This document shows, one piece after another, positions 21,436-32,700 of a stretch of 64,000 bases of DNA. The DNA lies in IMG/VR virus record IMGVR_UViG_3300023184_004167, positions 64,001-128,000 of that record. One strand, written 5' to 3'. The translations under genes and the position numbers were made by a program. Below the pieces are notes generated by a model, which searched no databases, was not told the DNA's origin, and was given only the letters and a program-made list of their open reading frames with translations. The DNA is from a virus. Positions within the stretch are counted from its first letter, which is position 1, and each line of letters opens with the position of its first letter.

Positions 21436-21466
21436 ATAAAAAAGGTATCACTTTTTGTGATACCTT
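21436..21466 (-). terminator. Intrinsic terminator ending the upstream structural transcript
   Basis: AAGGTATCAC-aaaaa-GTGATACCTT followed by TTTTATTT on the minus strand. Confidence 0.8.
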
Positions 21467-21489
21467 CATATATTATTATTTATAATTTG

Positions 21490-22152
21490 TTATTTTCTGT
21501 AGTCTTCTTCTTCATCTTCTCCTGAATTTGGAAGAAAAGTATCTTTAATTTCACTATCCGAAATATCTGTAACATCATCTGTTGTTAACACATAATCATT
21601 CTTTCCTGTTTTTTCCATATCACCTTTTTTATCCTCAAAAAAGTCAGATAACTTTTGATTAAATGGATATGAATCATATGTTCTTAACTCTAATTTTTCT
21701 TGTGGAGTTTTTTCTCTATATTTTTCAATCTTATTCTCCAATGAATTAAGTTTATTAACTATTACATCCATTTCAGATAATTTAGATTCAAGATTTGTAA
21801 GTTGTGAAAACAAATTGTTAAAATAGTCATCTTGTTTCTTTTCAATGTTTTCTTGAGATTTAACTAAATCTGTAACATCTAATTCTTCTGAGTCTCCTTT
21901 TCCTTCCTCAGATTTACCTTTTTCATCAATCTTTTCAACATCCTCATCTGCATCAACATCAATTGGTTGTGGTTCTGCCCCAGGTGCTGGTGGTGGGGGT
22001 GCTCCTGCCGCTGCGTCTGCAGGTGGTGGTGGAACATCTCCTCCCGGTGCAGGTGGTGGGGGCGGTGGTGGTGGAGCGTCTTGCTCCATTATGTATTTAT
22101 TTATACTCTTATATCTTTCTATTTCATTTAAGATTTTTCTATCTATTGACAT
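21490..22152 (-). CDS. Hypothetical protein with a poly-proline region, acidic linker and coiled coil
   Basis: APPPPPPPPAPGGDVPPPP tract; heptad-like LFSQLTNLESKLSEMDVIVNKLNSLENKI. Confidence 0.6.
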   Translation of the reverse strand: MSIDRKILNEIERYKSINKYIMEQDAPPPPPPPPAPGGDVPPPPADAAAGAPPPPAPGAEPQPIDVDADEDVEKIDEKGKSEEGKGDSEELDVTDLVKSQENIEKKQDDYFNNLFSQLTNLESKLSEMDVIVNKLNSLENKIEKYREKTPQEKLELRTYDSYPFNQKLSDFFEDKKGDMEKTGKNDYVLTTDDVTDISDSEIKDTFLPNSGEDEEEDYRK

Positions 22153-22154
22153 TG

Positions 22155-22379
22155 TTAATCATTTAATAATTGTTTTATACCTCTTACAGTTTCTACTTTA
22201 ATTTTTCTATTTGCGGTTGATTGATGTCCGGCTCTTTCAATCAATCCGTCCTTTTCTCTTACAACATAACAGTCTCCTGTTTCCAAATCACAAACTTCTT
22301 TTGTTCCGTCACCATTACTTTGTTCAGAGTATTTACCCTGTTTACCTAAATAATTGTTTAATTTTGATGTTAAGTCCAT
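22155..22379 (-). CDS. Small hypothetical protein, 74 aa
   Basis: ORF with TATTTAT upstream (22394-22400); contains a VCDLETGDCY motif. Confidence 0.6.
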   Translation of the reverse strand: MDLTSKLNNYLGKQGKYSEQSNGDGTKEVCDLETGDCYVVREKDGLIERAGHQSTANRKIKVETVRGIKQLLND

Positions 22380-22421
22380 AATATAATTTATTAATAAATA
22401 TCATCAATTGTTGAATATTAC

Positions 22422-25400
22422 TTATATTATAACATTGCTTGTTATAATTGTAGTTTTTTGTTGTCTTGTTGTATCTGGTTGTCCGTTTTGTAAAATAGGG
22501 TCAGCGTATACAGTATATATAAATGAATAAGTTCCAGGTGATACCTGTGCTCGTAGTGAACAAGAATCTAACGCATCTTGATATGGTGTCATAAACCATT
22601 TTTGGTCACTTATTTTTGATGTTAATGCTCCTCCATCTCCACCACAAGGAGAATTTGACGCCAAATTAAATCTTATTGACACAATCTTCCATAAACCAAC
22701 ATTGGTTGATATGGTGACAACAATTCTATTGTCATTACCATTAGATGTTATTCTTTCAATTGTGAATATATTTGTAGTTGGTGGTAAAACTATCGGTAAT
22801 GGTGATGGTGTTGGTGTTGGTGTCATTTTTGCATTATTACTACCATATAATAATGCATTAAAATTACTAATAATTATTCCATTTTTTTCAGCATTTTTTA
22901 ACCCGTCATCTAACCTAGATAACACAAAAATAGGTATTTTATCTGTTGCTAAATAATTTGACACAGGTATAATTTGATTATCATCTTCCCATTCACACAT
23001 ATAAAACTGACCAATACCAATATTTGAACTAATTTTAGTAACCAATGGGGTTAATCTTGAAACCATAAAACCAATAAATGTGTCTATATCTTTAAAACTA
23101 GCAATAGGTAATGATTGAGTACCATTTTGAATTTCTGAATTTACACAAGAATAATATTTTGAAAAAAAAGTTGGGTATGTTGTTTTATATTTATTATCAA
23201 CTAATGTTATCATTGCAAGGTTATTATTAAACCCTCGAAACACATTATCTTTAAATGTTCTTATATAACATAGAGCATATATAATTGCTTGTAAATTAGA
23301 ATCAGTTGTTGCTTTTTTAATTTTATTCGCCAAATCTTTTTGATTTATAACAGATTCTGTTGCCCCACTTGATTCAAACTTCGCATCTATATAAATTTGA
23401 TTAACTTTTGTAGTACAACTATTCTCCGCCGCCTTAGTATTATTAGCGTTAATGGTTGCGTTAGTTGAATTACTTAAATTATTATTAACCACATTAGTTT
23501 TTTCTTCTCCGCCATTTAGTACCGCTTTTTCAAGCTTTGTTAATAAATTTTTATTTATACTTTGTAAAAAAGTATCAATCGCGGGTAAATCAAACACCCC
23601 TTGTCTTGTACCATTAAATGTTGTTTGAAATTGTCCCGGTGAAATTACGTGACTTACATCAGTAATAAGATAAGGCCCATTAAACATTGGTACGTGTCTT
23701 AAATTAAAATACATTGTTGGTTGTATCATTGCATTACCTAAACTAATAACCTGACATCCATAACTTCTTTGAGCATAATAATTATATAAACTAACATTTT
23801 GTGTCGCTGTTTCCCTTCCACTCGCCTGATTAATCATATTCATCAAGGTTGATGTTGATTCTGCAGTTCCCTGACCATTCTCTTGACTCACATTAAAAGA
23901 AGAAAACACATTTTGATTTCTAATTCCAATATCAACAGTAAAACCAACACATTTGTTAGATTTTGCATAATCTTTTTTTCCTTTTGGGTCTTCACTTAGT
24001 GGGTTTCCTGAATTTTTTTCTAATTGTATCCCATCACTTCTAAATAAAAAGTTTTTGCTTTCGGGTAAATCCACATAAGATGCCGGTCTACCAACAAAAA
24101 AACAAACCATTTTAGGACCAGCGTTTGTATAATCAACAGTTGTAAATGTTCCCCACATATTATTAGCAAAATCTGAAGAACCTCCACCAGGTATTGGTGA
24201 CTCTACCCCATCTTTAACTTGATAGTTATAAAAATTAACATACGCAGGCAAATTCATAATTGTGAAGTTGTTATGAATAAGTAATCCACCAATGAATGTA
24301 TAAACACTTGTTGTTAAATTTAAATTCTTTTCATTTAACAGGTCTTTTAATGTAAAAATATCTAATAATAAAGTATCTCCAATATTTCTTGACGCTCTAT
24401 CTAAAAATAATATGTCTTCAAAAAAAGTTTTACTTTTATAATCACCTCCAGCAATCCATTTATCATTTAACGCTTTGAACGCCTCATATAAATCAACTTT
24501 TGATTGTTGACCATCAACTTTGCTATCAATTACTTTTTCAGGAACTTCTTGATAATTGGGTAATTGATTTTTTACCGCAGTAAGAATACCCTCTAAAGTG
24601 TCATTTTGTAATTTATTACAAACACCCAAATATGTATTCAATGCTGTATTAAATTGTGTTGATGTAAGTGTCGGTGTTTCTAATTTTTGTGTTGCATACA
24701 TTTTAATTAGAGGTGATAATGATATAATATTATCTTGAGTAAATTTAATATTATTATCAATAAAGAAATCGGTAATATATGACCCAGTATTTTTATATTG
24801 TAATTCAGGTATTGTTGAGAACCCAACAGATAATTCTAATTGTTTCCATTCATTAGGATAATTAGCCATTGATTGGGTTAATGTAGTTGTTCCGTTTACT
24901 GAAGGTAAACTTCCTTGAGAATATGGTTCAAAAATTTTGGGTGTTGCCAAACCCCCTGAATTAACTAATTGTGCCGTTTGTTGTAAAGCTAAACCAATAT
25001 TTGCCGTGCTTTTAAATGTTGAATGTGATAAAAAGGAGTCAAAAATAAACCTATTATAATTTGAAGGATTACCATATTTAAAAATTACATCATATTGTAA
25101 AAACTTCAAAAGTACTGAAGAGAAATTATCTAACTGATTGTTAATTGATGATAAGAAATATGTCTCATTGGTTACACCTTGTTGTGGTGCATTAATTACC
25201 ATTAAATTTTTAAACAACATTTGGAAATTTTTAAATACAATTGTATTATCTCCTGTTGATTGTCCGTAATTTAATTTTGTTGCTGGTGTTGCGGTAACAT
25301 TGTCTTCAGATTTTGAGAAGTTTAAAAACTCAATTTCAAAGGTATCCAATATCTCTTTTTCAAAAACTGAAAATAACTCTTCAATTTTTGTATACTTATT

Positions 25401-28400
25401 TTGATTTGATAATTTATATGGTGATAAATTTTCTCCTGTTCCAATTATTTCATTTAAATAAGATTCTGTGTCAGGTTTTACTATTTGTGTGTCATCAAAA
25501 TAACCATAGTTAGGTGCCGCCCAAAGTGTTCTCATTGAACCATTATAAACTGATGTATTTCCCGTTATTGAATAACCAGGAAGAACTGATTGAGCGGTTG
25601 TTAATGGTGGCACTGATGTAAATGTTACCAATGAATCAACAACTTGATTTTGTGAGCCCCCAAAAGAAGGGACAGTATAATACCCTGTATTACTTGGATT
25701 TGGTATTAAAACCGACCAAGTAACATATCTTAATGGAACATTATTTTGACTTATGTTTAAATTTGATTGTGTAAAGTTATATAACTTTACCCCCCCATTA
25801 ATTGTGTTTTGTATCTCTGCATCACTATATGTAGAATACAAATCAATCCCATTAAAAAAGTAATTAAAATCATTTATTAGTTTTGGATAAAACCCTGATT
25901 GTACATTAATCCCCGCAGAACTACTTGATTCAAGTTGAATTGTATTTCCCGTTTGTCCATTAAAATCTAAAGTATATATTTTACTTGGGTTGTTTGTTAT
26001 TGGGTCAAAACTTTTTTTATAATCAACACTTTTCCAAATTTTTGTTAAAAAGTCAGGGTTACCAGATTTTGATTGTTTGTATCTATACCAAATAGAACCT
26101 ATCTTTAAAATCCAAGCGTATGGTAATTTATGTATTGCACCAAATTTCTTCAAAGATGCAAACATATAATCAAGTTGATTTAACCCTGTTGATTCTGTTT
26201 TATATCTTTCCCTTAATGACATTAAAGGTAATGAGTTTATAAAAAGATATGCCGCTTCAACAAATGGTAATTCATTTTTATTTTTCATTTTAGCAACACC
26301 CTCAGAAATTGCATTTACAAAAAATGGTGTATTAAGAATAGAAGTTGTTGTTCTTATTGGTAATTTGCCCGACAACGCATTAAAAATTGTTGTTGTTTTA
26401 TTATTTGGGACATCAAAATAACAATATCCTTCCGTAGGTAAAAAAGACTTAGGAAATCTATTATAATAAAAATTAATTAGAAACCCAGATTGATTAGTTG
26501 ACGAATATGCCTGACTTAATGATAACGGGTTTTGTATATTATTATAAGAGAAATTAGTTACAGGTCTGGTTTGAGTATAGTTATTTAACTCAGTAAAATT
26601 AGAAATAATATCCCTTTGTTTATATATCTTTAACACTTTTGTTGTGTTATATGGATTACCAACACTAACATTATTATCAATAAGATTTGCTGTCGCCCAC
26701 GTAGAATTTGTAAACGGATATAAATCAGTTATGTTTGGTTCGTTTGTTTGTGTTGATTTAACAATGCTTTCCAACTTTGTGCTGTCAACATTTGTTGCCG
26801 GTTCTTTACCAATATCATCAACATTTAATATTGCAAAAGATTTTTTTGTATAACTTTCAATATATGATGTAACAAAAATGTCTTTAATGAAATCTATATA
26901 TGATTGTCCTGAACCATTATTTGATATTTCCTTTAAAAAAGTAACATAGTTAGCTGCAGTATATTTTAAATTCTTTAATTTAGTATTTAAATACGGATTA
27001 CTAACACCCAAAGATGTTAAAAGGTTTTTAGATTCTACCCTAATAATTAATTTAATTAACTCATTATACTCAGCATCACCATTTTTAAATCTACTTAAAT
27101 TATCATATCTAGAAGTCATAAATTGTCTTTCCCATATCTCATAAAAAAACTTAACTTCTTCTTTATTACTATAAGCAATATCCGATTGTGGAAATTCTAT
27201 TGCATTTATATTAATGAAATCTGTGAATTGTTGTATATTTGTATCATCTGATGAATTTGGTTCGGTATATTTTTGAGTTAACCCTTTAATGTATTCCTCA
27301 ATAAATTCTACCTCTGGCCATTTATCATACAAATAACCTTTTGTTAAATTAACAACTGTCGGGTCTCCAATATATTTTAATTGGTATTTTCCTTTTTTAT
27401 CATCCCCAAGTTGTTCAAAAAAGAATTGAGGCCAAGGATAAACAGGTGTTTGTAAAACACTAGTATTTGATGCGTTTTCTATTACATTTGGGACAACCAT
27501 CTTGGTGTCAGAACCTTGAACTGAAGACGGGTTATTTAATATTGCATTCTTTCTAACTATATCATATTTTACATCCCACGCCTTTGTATGTGTATCATCC
27601 AATAATCTAATAAACCCTTCTGCAGAAGCCATAATAACACCAACAATATTTCTAACGGTAGGAACAAATCCTATTCCTGTTTTTGAATCCCTTATTTTAT
27701 CGGCCAGTTGAGCAGAAAGTTTTGCCTCAGTTTCAGACAATACTTTACCTGCCTGAGCAACCATTGTTTGAACAATTTCATTAAATCTATTTGTTCCATC
27801 AAAAATATAAAAATATGGTTTTAAAAAAACCAAAACATTTGACGGATTGTCTTTATTAACAAATGGTGTTGGTCCACCAATTGTACCAAGAGCAGTTTTA
27901 AAACTACCTAAAGTTGCTGGTGTAAAAAGTTTAGTATATGATAATATTAATTCGTTAATCTGATTTAATGTTGGTTGAATTATTTGAGTTTGTTCTGCGG
28001 TTGTCCTTTCCCAATCAATATCCGCACTTGTTGTAATACCAGTCATATTAGTAACCGATATACCATTTGTTATTTTTGATGGTCCGTCTTTTCCTAATGT
28101 TGGGTTGCTGTCTAAAACCTCATTATAATCTTTTATAATACCTTCCAACGCAGTTTCTGCTGTAGGTTTTTCTGTGTCCAAAAACTCATTTTTATATGCG
28201 TAATACCTTTTTCCTGTATTTTTTTCAATAAATGGTTTTGGATTTAAATATTTCACAAACCAAGAATCAGAATCACCAATTACCTTTCCATACAACGCTT
28301 TTAATTTTTCTATATATGTTCTAATATTTGTTAATGGCTCAACATCACTTTTTGGAAAACTATCTATAATATTTTTTTCAAAGTTATCCAACTTTTTCAT

Positions 28401-29402
28401 TAGTTGTTGTAATGTAAGTTCTGGAAAATCTTTATCTATTAATCCCTTACTTTTATACTCACTATAAACTTCACGAATCTTTTGATACCCTCTTTCTGAA
28501 TACATTTGTTGCACAACCGCAGTTTTACTATTTGATGCGTTTGGTATATTTGCAGATTGTTGAGATGCCGCTGCCTGTTGACTGTCTGACGGCGCTTGAG
28601 AAGTATTTGAATTTGATATGTCAAATCTTGATGAAAACATATGGGGTGCCGCCAATAAATGACCCATAGAAATTTCATTCAAGATGTTAAACTTATAACC
28701 TTTTAGATTTAAAGTAATCTGATAATTACCACTCATTGAATTAAAACTCGCACTGAACTTTTCTAAATTGAGTTGATATCTTACCGCCTGTCCATAATAT
28801 CCTTTAATTGTTAAATAAAATGGGGGATATGGTAAATGAAAGAAAGCCGCATATGGAGAATTTTCTCCTAATTGAAATAATGCCCTCCCTTGAACATCTT
28901 CAAGTAATATTGTTACTGTTGGAATAAATGACCCAGATGTTTTAATATTAATACTTGTTATCCCTAATAAACCATTATCAATAGTTCCTTCTTTTCCGTC
29001 TGTAAGTGCTGTTAATTTTGTATACCCCTTATCCCCATTTGATGCTGGTATGTATTCAGATTGTGTTTGATTTGTACCCTTACCTTTTATTGAATTCTCA
29101 CCAGTTAATTCGTCATAATAATTTGTTGTGAGATAACCATCTTTTGTTGGATTAAGAAAATTAATTTTACCTATGGATACAGTTCTAATACTATCTGGAG
29201 AACTTCCAACCGCTAACTTTGTTCTAGGTAATAATTCCGCCTCAAGATTAGCAAACATAATTAAATTTTCATGGTCTACCAATCTCTCGGATATATTACC
29301 TTGACTATCTATAGTTTTGTTTGGGTCAACAATTATTATATTGTTATAATCAAACTCAGTATATACTTTTCCGCTTTTGTCTCCTTGGATGTTACCTACC
29401 AT
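22422..29402 (-). CDS. Very large baseplate hub-like protein (gp27/gpD/VgrG-like elements), 2326 aa
   Basis: LGITSINIK...VTILLEDVQG near the N-terminus and YGCQVISLGNAMIQPTMYF...GPYLITDVSHVISPGQFQTTFNGTR, typical of hub C-terminal strands; follows the gp53-like gene. Confidence 0.65.
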   Translation of the reverse strand: MVGNIQGDKSGKVYTEFDYNNIIIVDPNKTIDSQGNISERLVDHENLIMFANLEAELLPRTKLAVGSSPDSIRTVSIGKINFLNPTKDGYLTTNYYDELTGENSIKGKGTNQTQSEYIPASNGDKGYTKLTALTDGKEGTIDNGLLGITSINIKTSGSFIPTVTILLEDVQGRALFQLGENSPYAAFFHLPYPPFYLTIKGYYGQAVRYQLNLEKFSASFNSMSGNYQITLNLKGYKFNILNEISMGHLLAAPHMFSSRFDISNSNTSQAPSDSQQAAASQQSANIPNASNSKTAVVQQMYSERGYQKIREVYSEYKSKGLIDKDFPELTLQQLMKKLDNFEKNIIDSFPKSDVEPLTNIRTYIEKLKALYGKVIGDSDSWFVKYLNPKPFIEKNTGKRYYAYKNEFLDTEKPTAETALEGIIKDYNEVLDSNPTLGKDGPSKITNGISVTNMTGITTSADIDWERTTAEQTQIIQPTLNQINELILSYTKLFTPATLGSFKTALGTIGGPTPFVNKDNPSNVLVFLKPYFYIFDGTNRFNEIVQTMVAQAGKVLSETEAKLSAQLADKIRDSKTGIGFVPTVRNIVGVIMASAEGFIRLLDDTHTKAWDVKYDIVRKNAILNNPSSVQGSDTKMVVPNVIENASNTSVLQTPVYPWPQFFFEQLGDDKKGKYQLKYIGDPTVVNLTKGYLYDKWPEVEFIEEYIKGLTQKYTEPNSSDDTNIQQFTDFININAIEFPQSDIAYSNKEEVKFFYEIWERQFMTSRYDNLSRFKNGDAEYNELIKLIIRVESKNLLTSLGVSNPYLNTKLKNLKYTAANYVTFLKEISNNGSGQSYIDFIKDIFVTSYIESYTKKSFAILNVDDIGKEPATNVDSTKLESIVKSTQTNEPNITDLYPFTNSTWATANLIDNNVSVGNPYNTTKVLKIYKQRDIISNFTELNNYTQTRPVTNFSYNNIQNPLSLSQAYSSTNQSGFLINFYYNRFPKSFLPTEGYCYFDVPNNKTTTIFNALSGKLPIRTTTSILNTPFFVNAISEGVAKMKNKNELPFVEAAYLFINSLPLMSLRERYKTESTGLNQLDYMFASLKKFGAIHKLPYAWILKIGSIWYRYKQSKSGNPDFLTKIWKSVDYKKSFDPITNNPSKIYTLDFNGQTGNTIQLESSSSAGINVQSGFYPKLINDFNYFFNGIDLYSTYSDAEIQNTINGGVKLYNFTQSNLNISQNNVPLRYVTWSVLIPNPSNTGYYTVPSFGGSQNQVVDSLVTFTSVPPLTTAQSVLPGYSITGNTSVYNGSMRTLWAAPNYGYFDDTQIVKPDTESYLNEIIGTGENLSPYKLSNQNKYTKIEELFSVFEKEILDTFEIEFLNFSKSEDNVTATPATKLNYGQSTGDNTIVFKNFQMLFKNLMVINAPQQGVTNETYFLSSINNQLDNFSSVLLKFLQYDVIFKYGNPSNYNRFIFDSFLSHSTFKSTANIGLALQQTAQLVNSGGLATPKIFEPYSQGSLPSVNGTTTLTQSMANYPNEWKQLELSVGFSTIPELQYKNTGSYITDFFIDNNIKFTQDNIISLSPLIKMYATQKLETPTLTSTQFNTALNTYLGVCNKLQNDTLEGILTAVKNQLPNYQEVPEKVIDSKVDGQQSKVDLYEAFKALNDKWIAGGDYKSKTFFEDILFLDRASRNIGDTLLLDIFTLKDLLNEKNLNLTTSVYTFIGGLLIHNNFTIMNLPAYVNFYNYQVKDGVESPIPGGGSSDFANNMWGTFTTVDYTNAGPKMVCFFVGRPASYVDLPESKNFLFRSDGIQLEKNSGNPLSEDPKGKKDYAKSNKCVGFTVDIGIRNQNVFSSFNVSQENGQGTAESTSTLMNMINQASGRETATQNVSLYNYYAQRSYGCQVISLGNAMIQPTMYFNLRHVPMFNGPYLITDVSHVISPGQFQTTFNGTRQGVFDLPAIDTFLQSINKNLLTKLEKAVLNGGEEKTNVVNNNLSNSTNATINANNTKAAENSCTTKVNQIYIDAKFESSGATESVINQKDLANKIKKATTDSNLQAIIYALCYIRTFKDNVFRGFNNNLAMITLVDNKYKTTYPTFFSKYYSCVNSEIQNGTQSLPIASFKDIDTFIGFMVSRLTPLVTKISSNIGIGQFYMCEWEDDNQIIPVSNYLATDKIPIFVLSRLDDGLKNAEKNGIIISNFNALLYGSNNAKMTPTPTPSPLPIVLPPTTNIFTIERITSNGNDNRIVVTISTNVGLWKIVSIRFNLASNSPCGGDGGALTSKISDQKWFMTPYQDALDSCSLRAQVSPGTYSFIYTVYADPILQNGQPDTTRQQKTTIITSNVII

Positions 29403-29715
29403 AGTAATAAAAATGATTATTTAATGCTCCTTTATAGTCTTGTAAAGAAGGTAGTAAAGGGAATGGGATAATCAACATAGCCCCGTCAGGAATATAATTC
29501 TCAAGTCCTCCGTATTGTGGGTTTGCTTGTAATATTAACCAACCAAAGAATGGCGTTCCGTAAGATTCTTGTGAAATTTTATCTAACCTACTTTTTCCTA
29601 CCTTATAAATGTATACTTTATCTGTTGTTTTTTGAGGTACTTGCACAAAAGGAACAACGGTTTGTTGCCCATTTATTAAAAAAGTACTATATCTATTATA
29701 ATATTGTAGTGCCAT
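29392..29715 (-). CDS. Baseplate LysM-like protein (T4 gp53/P2 gpX-like)
   Basis: RLDKISQESYGTPFFGWLILQANP...IPDGAMLIIP. Confidence 0.8.
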   Translation of the reverse strand: MALQYYNRYSTFLINGQQTVVPFVQVPQKTTDKVYIYKVGKSRLDKISQESYGTPFFGWLILQANPQYGGLENYIPDGAMLIIPFPLLPSLQDYKGALNNHFYYYGR

Positions 29716-32700
29716 TAGTTTAATTTTACTTTACATACAAGAATACCACTACTTGTTTGGTTTGACCAATCAGAAAAACTAGGGTATTGGTTAGTTGAAT
29801 TTCCTAACGCCTTTATTAATTCTTCTCTTCTTTTTTTAAATGGTGATTCACTTTGTCTATCAACATTTGTGTTATAAGTAAATTCATATTTTTTTATTTT
29901 TGCACCAGTAAATGGTGTAAAAATTAAATAATTTTTTAATTGGTTTTTTTCCATTTCAGTAAAAAAACTTTGTGTTATTGCATTTTCATTAACAAATAAT
30001 GTTTTTGCCGATGGGCTTTGTGTTGCATCTATTTTCCAATACGCATCAAATTGTGTTCCAATATCACTATCCCCACCCGCAAATAAAGACGGATTACTTA
30101 ATAAGTTTCCAATAATTTGTTGTTTAAATGTTGTATACTTTACATCATCAATAACATCTTGATTTAAGATAAAATAGCTTCTTTGAAAAGAAACATCTTT
30201 AAATTTTATTTCTCTTGAAAAAGGTACAAATACTTTATCTTCAGGAATTTTTTCAAATCCATAAACTAATACTCCATTATAATCTGTTGCTAAATGTTTA
30301 AATGTAATTTTTGTTTGGATTACTGTATTAAATTGTGTTATTGCACTAGCAATTTTAATTGAGTCTCCAGTAAGTTCCCGCAATGTGTCAGGATAAGTTG
30401 TGTCATTAACTTTAGTTGTTGGTAACGTAACATAAAGTTTAACAAAAGAATTTTTTTGTTGTAATCCATCAGTTCCTGAAACATTTTGTTGTCCAAAAGT
30501 TATTGCATTGTTTTTTGCAATATTTGTTATAAGATTTTGTTCTTGTATTACTAAGTCTTGTGTTAATTTAGTTAATGCACTCTGATAATTTGATTTCTTA
30601 GCTTTTATATAAGTTTTATAATTATCTTTAATTGTTTTTATTGCTTTTGATGTAAAATTTTTAGGATGTAGAGTAGTTCCTTTTATAAACTGAATAAATC
30701 CTTCTGTATCACTATCAATATCATTTATAAAATCATTAAAAATTTTATCCACACTTTGTTCAACATTTTTGGGTTTTCCGAAAAGTTTTGTTTTATCAGA
30801 TTTAGTATATAGAAACGCTCCATCAGTATAATTTCTTTCTTTATTCCATACTTGTCTAACAGCATTATTATACTGACTAACAACTTCTTTATTCTTATTA
30901 AAAATAGTTGTAAAATAGTTTTGTGTAGATAATAAGAAACCATTCATATACCCTTGATAATTTATAAATCCTGTTTCCCCTGATTGGGTTGTTGTTGCGG
31001 ATGTAATAACACCAATTGTTTGCCCATTTGATTGCCCATTATTATTTTGAACTTGGTTAACTGTTGGTGGTGGTACTTGTATATTAAAATAATCTAAAAA
31101 TTCTTTATCTAAAACTTTGTAACTAGTATCTGTAACATCCGCCCTATCGTCATACATCTCAGTATTAGCATAATAGTTAAATGTTAACGCATTCTGTAAT
31201 TTATCAACCGCTCCTGATAATCCCTGTCCTCCAACAAATTTAAACGACATTGTTATATTCGCAATCATAGGTTGAATACCAATTCCTTCAGGATTAATAT
31301 CTAAATTTTCATATGTTAGACCCAAACTATCAGGTATTATTTTGGTATGGAAAAAATCTCCGACACGTAAAATTAAGACAGGAGGTGTTCCAAACGCAGT
31401 ATTTGTTGCGTTATTATATTGTAAAGCACCATTTTTTTGAGTCACCGGTATTGTGTCACCAGGTCTTAAACATTGTTGTAAAAAAGTTAATCTTGAGTTT
31501 AGTCCTTCGGGTGTTGTTGAGTGAAAAGCGGGGTTAAAGAACTTTAATTTTTCTCTTAAATTGTCATACACCATCGGTGTCTCTTCTTTAATAGTTTCAA
31601 AATAATCACACTCAGATAGAAGTGAACGTAAAACTCTTTTTGTTATATTATCTCTTATTACTGTCTTTGTTACTTCTTCAGGTACTTGTGTAGTTTCTGT
31701 ATAATTTTCAGGTACATCAACATCTTGAGTTACTTTAGTACTTGCTTTTCCTTCAACGGTTGTTTTAGTATCTGGCGCAGATAGGGTACTAGTATCAATC
31801 TTTAATAAATAAGCCCTTCTACAAGCCATTGCCTTTGTTGTGTAAATATCGTGAGAACCAACAGCTCCTGTTTCTCCATTCTCATCACTACAAGAGTAAG
31901 AATTACTTGATTGCCATTGTCCTCCTGTATATTGTTGTACTTGTGCTCGGTCTATCTCCCCTTTGGGGACCTGGTTAAATAGTAATTTGTTATTTTTTAC
32001 GTGATTTTTAGTGTGAACATTTTCAGTAAAATAGGTTATTAATGAACCAATTCTTCTTTTAGATAACTCAACATTATATGTTTGTGACGCCGGAGCAGAA
32101 CAACTTGACGCTATTGTTAAACTAATTGTACCTTTATTTTCAGAATTAGATAATAATTTATCAATTTCTATCGCCAATTTATCCATATCTTGATAATTCG
32201 GTGTAATTACATTATTAAAGAAAGTATTTGATTCACTATTATGTGCAACATATCCTGCAACATTACTTGGTGCTGTATATCTAGCATATTCTATTGTATA
32301 GTTTTGAGTGTTGTTTCCTGGTTTTGGATAATCATTTCCAAAATAAACTCCTTTATTATTAAAGTCGTCAAGTGTTTTTATTGGTGTTTTGGTAGATGTA
32401 AAGGTATTGGGGGTTGCGTCTTCACCAGTTGTTACACTTTGTTTTACATATCTCATTCTTTCTGTTGAGACATCTCTATTCTGAATTTCTTTTTGTATTT
32501 CAAATAAATCATTTGGATTTACTGTATAGTATTTTTTTGCCAAATCATATAAATCATACTTTCTACATCCCGCAAAGAAAGATTCTAAGATACTATCAAT
32601 TCTAACTTTGTTAGTTTCATTTGCCAAAACTTTATTAACAATAAGATTTAAAACAGATGGATGGTCAACAACAATTTTCCAAGTTAAACTTCCCGTTCTA

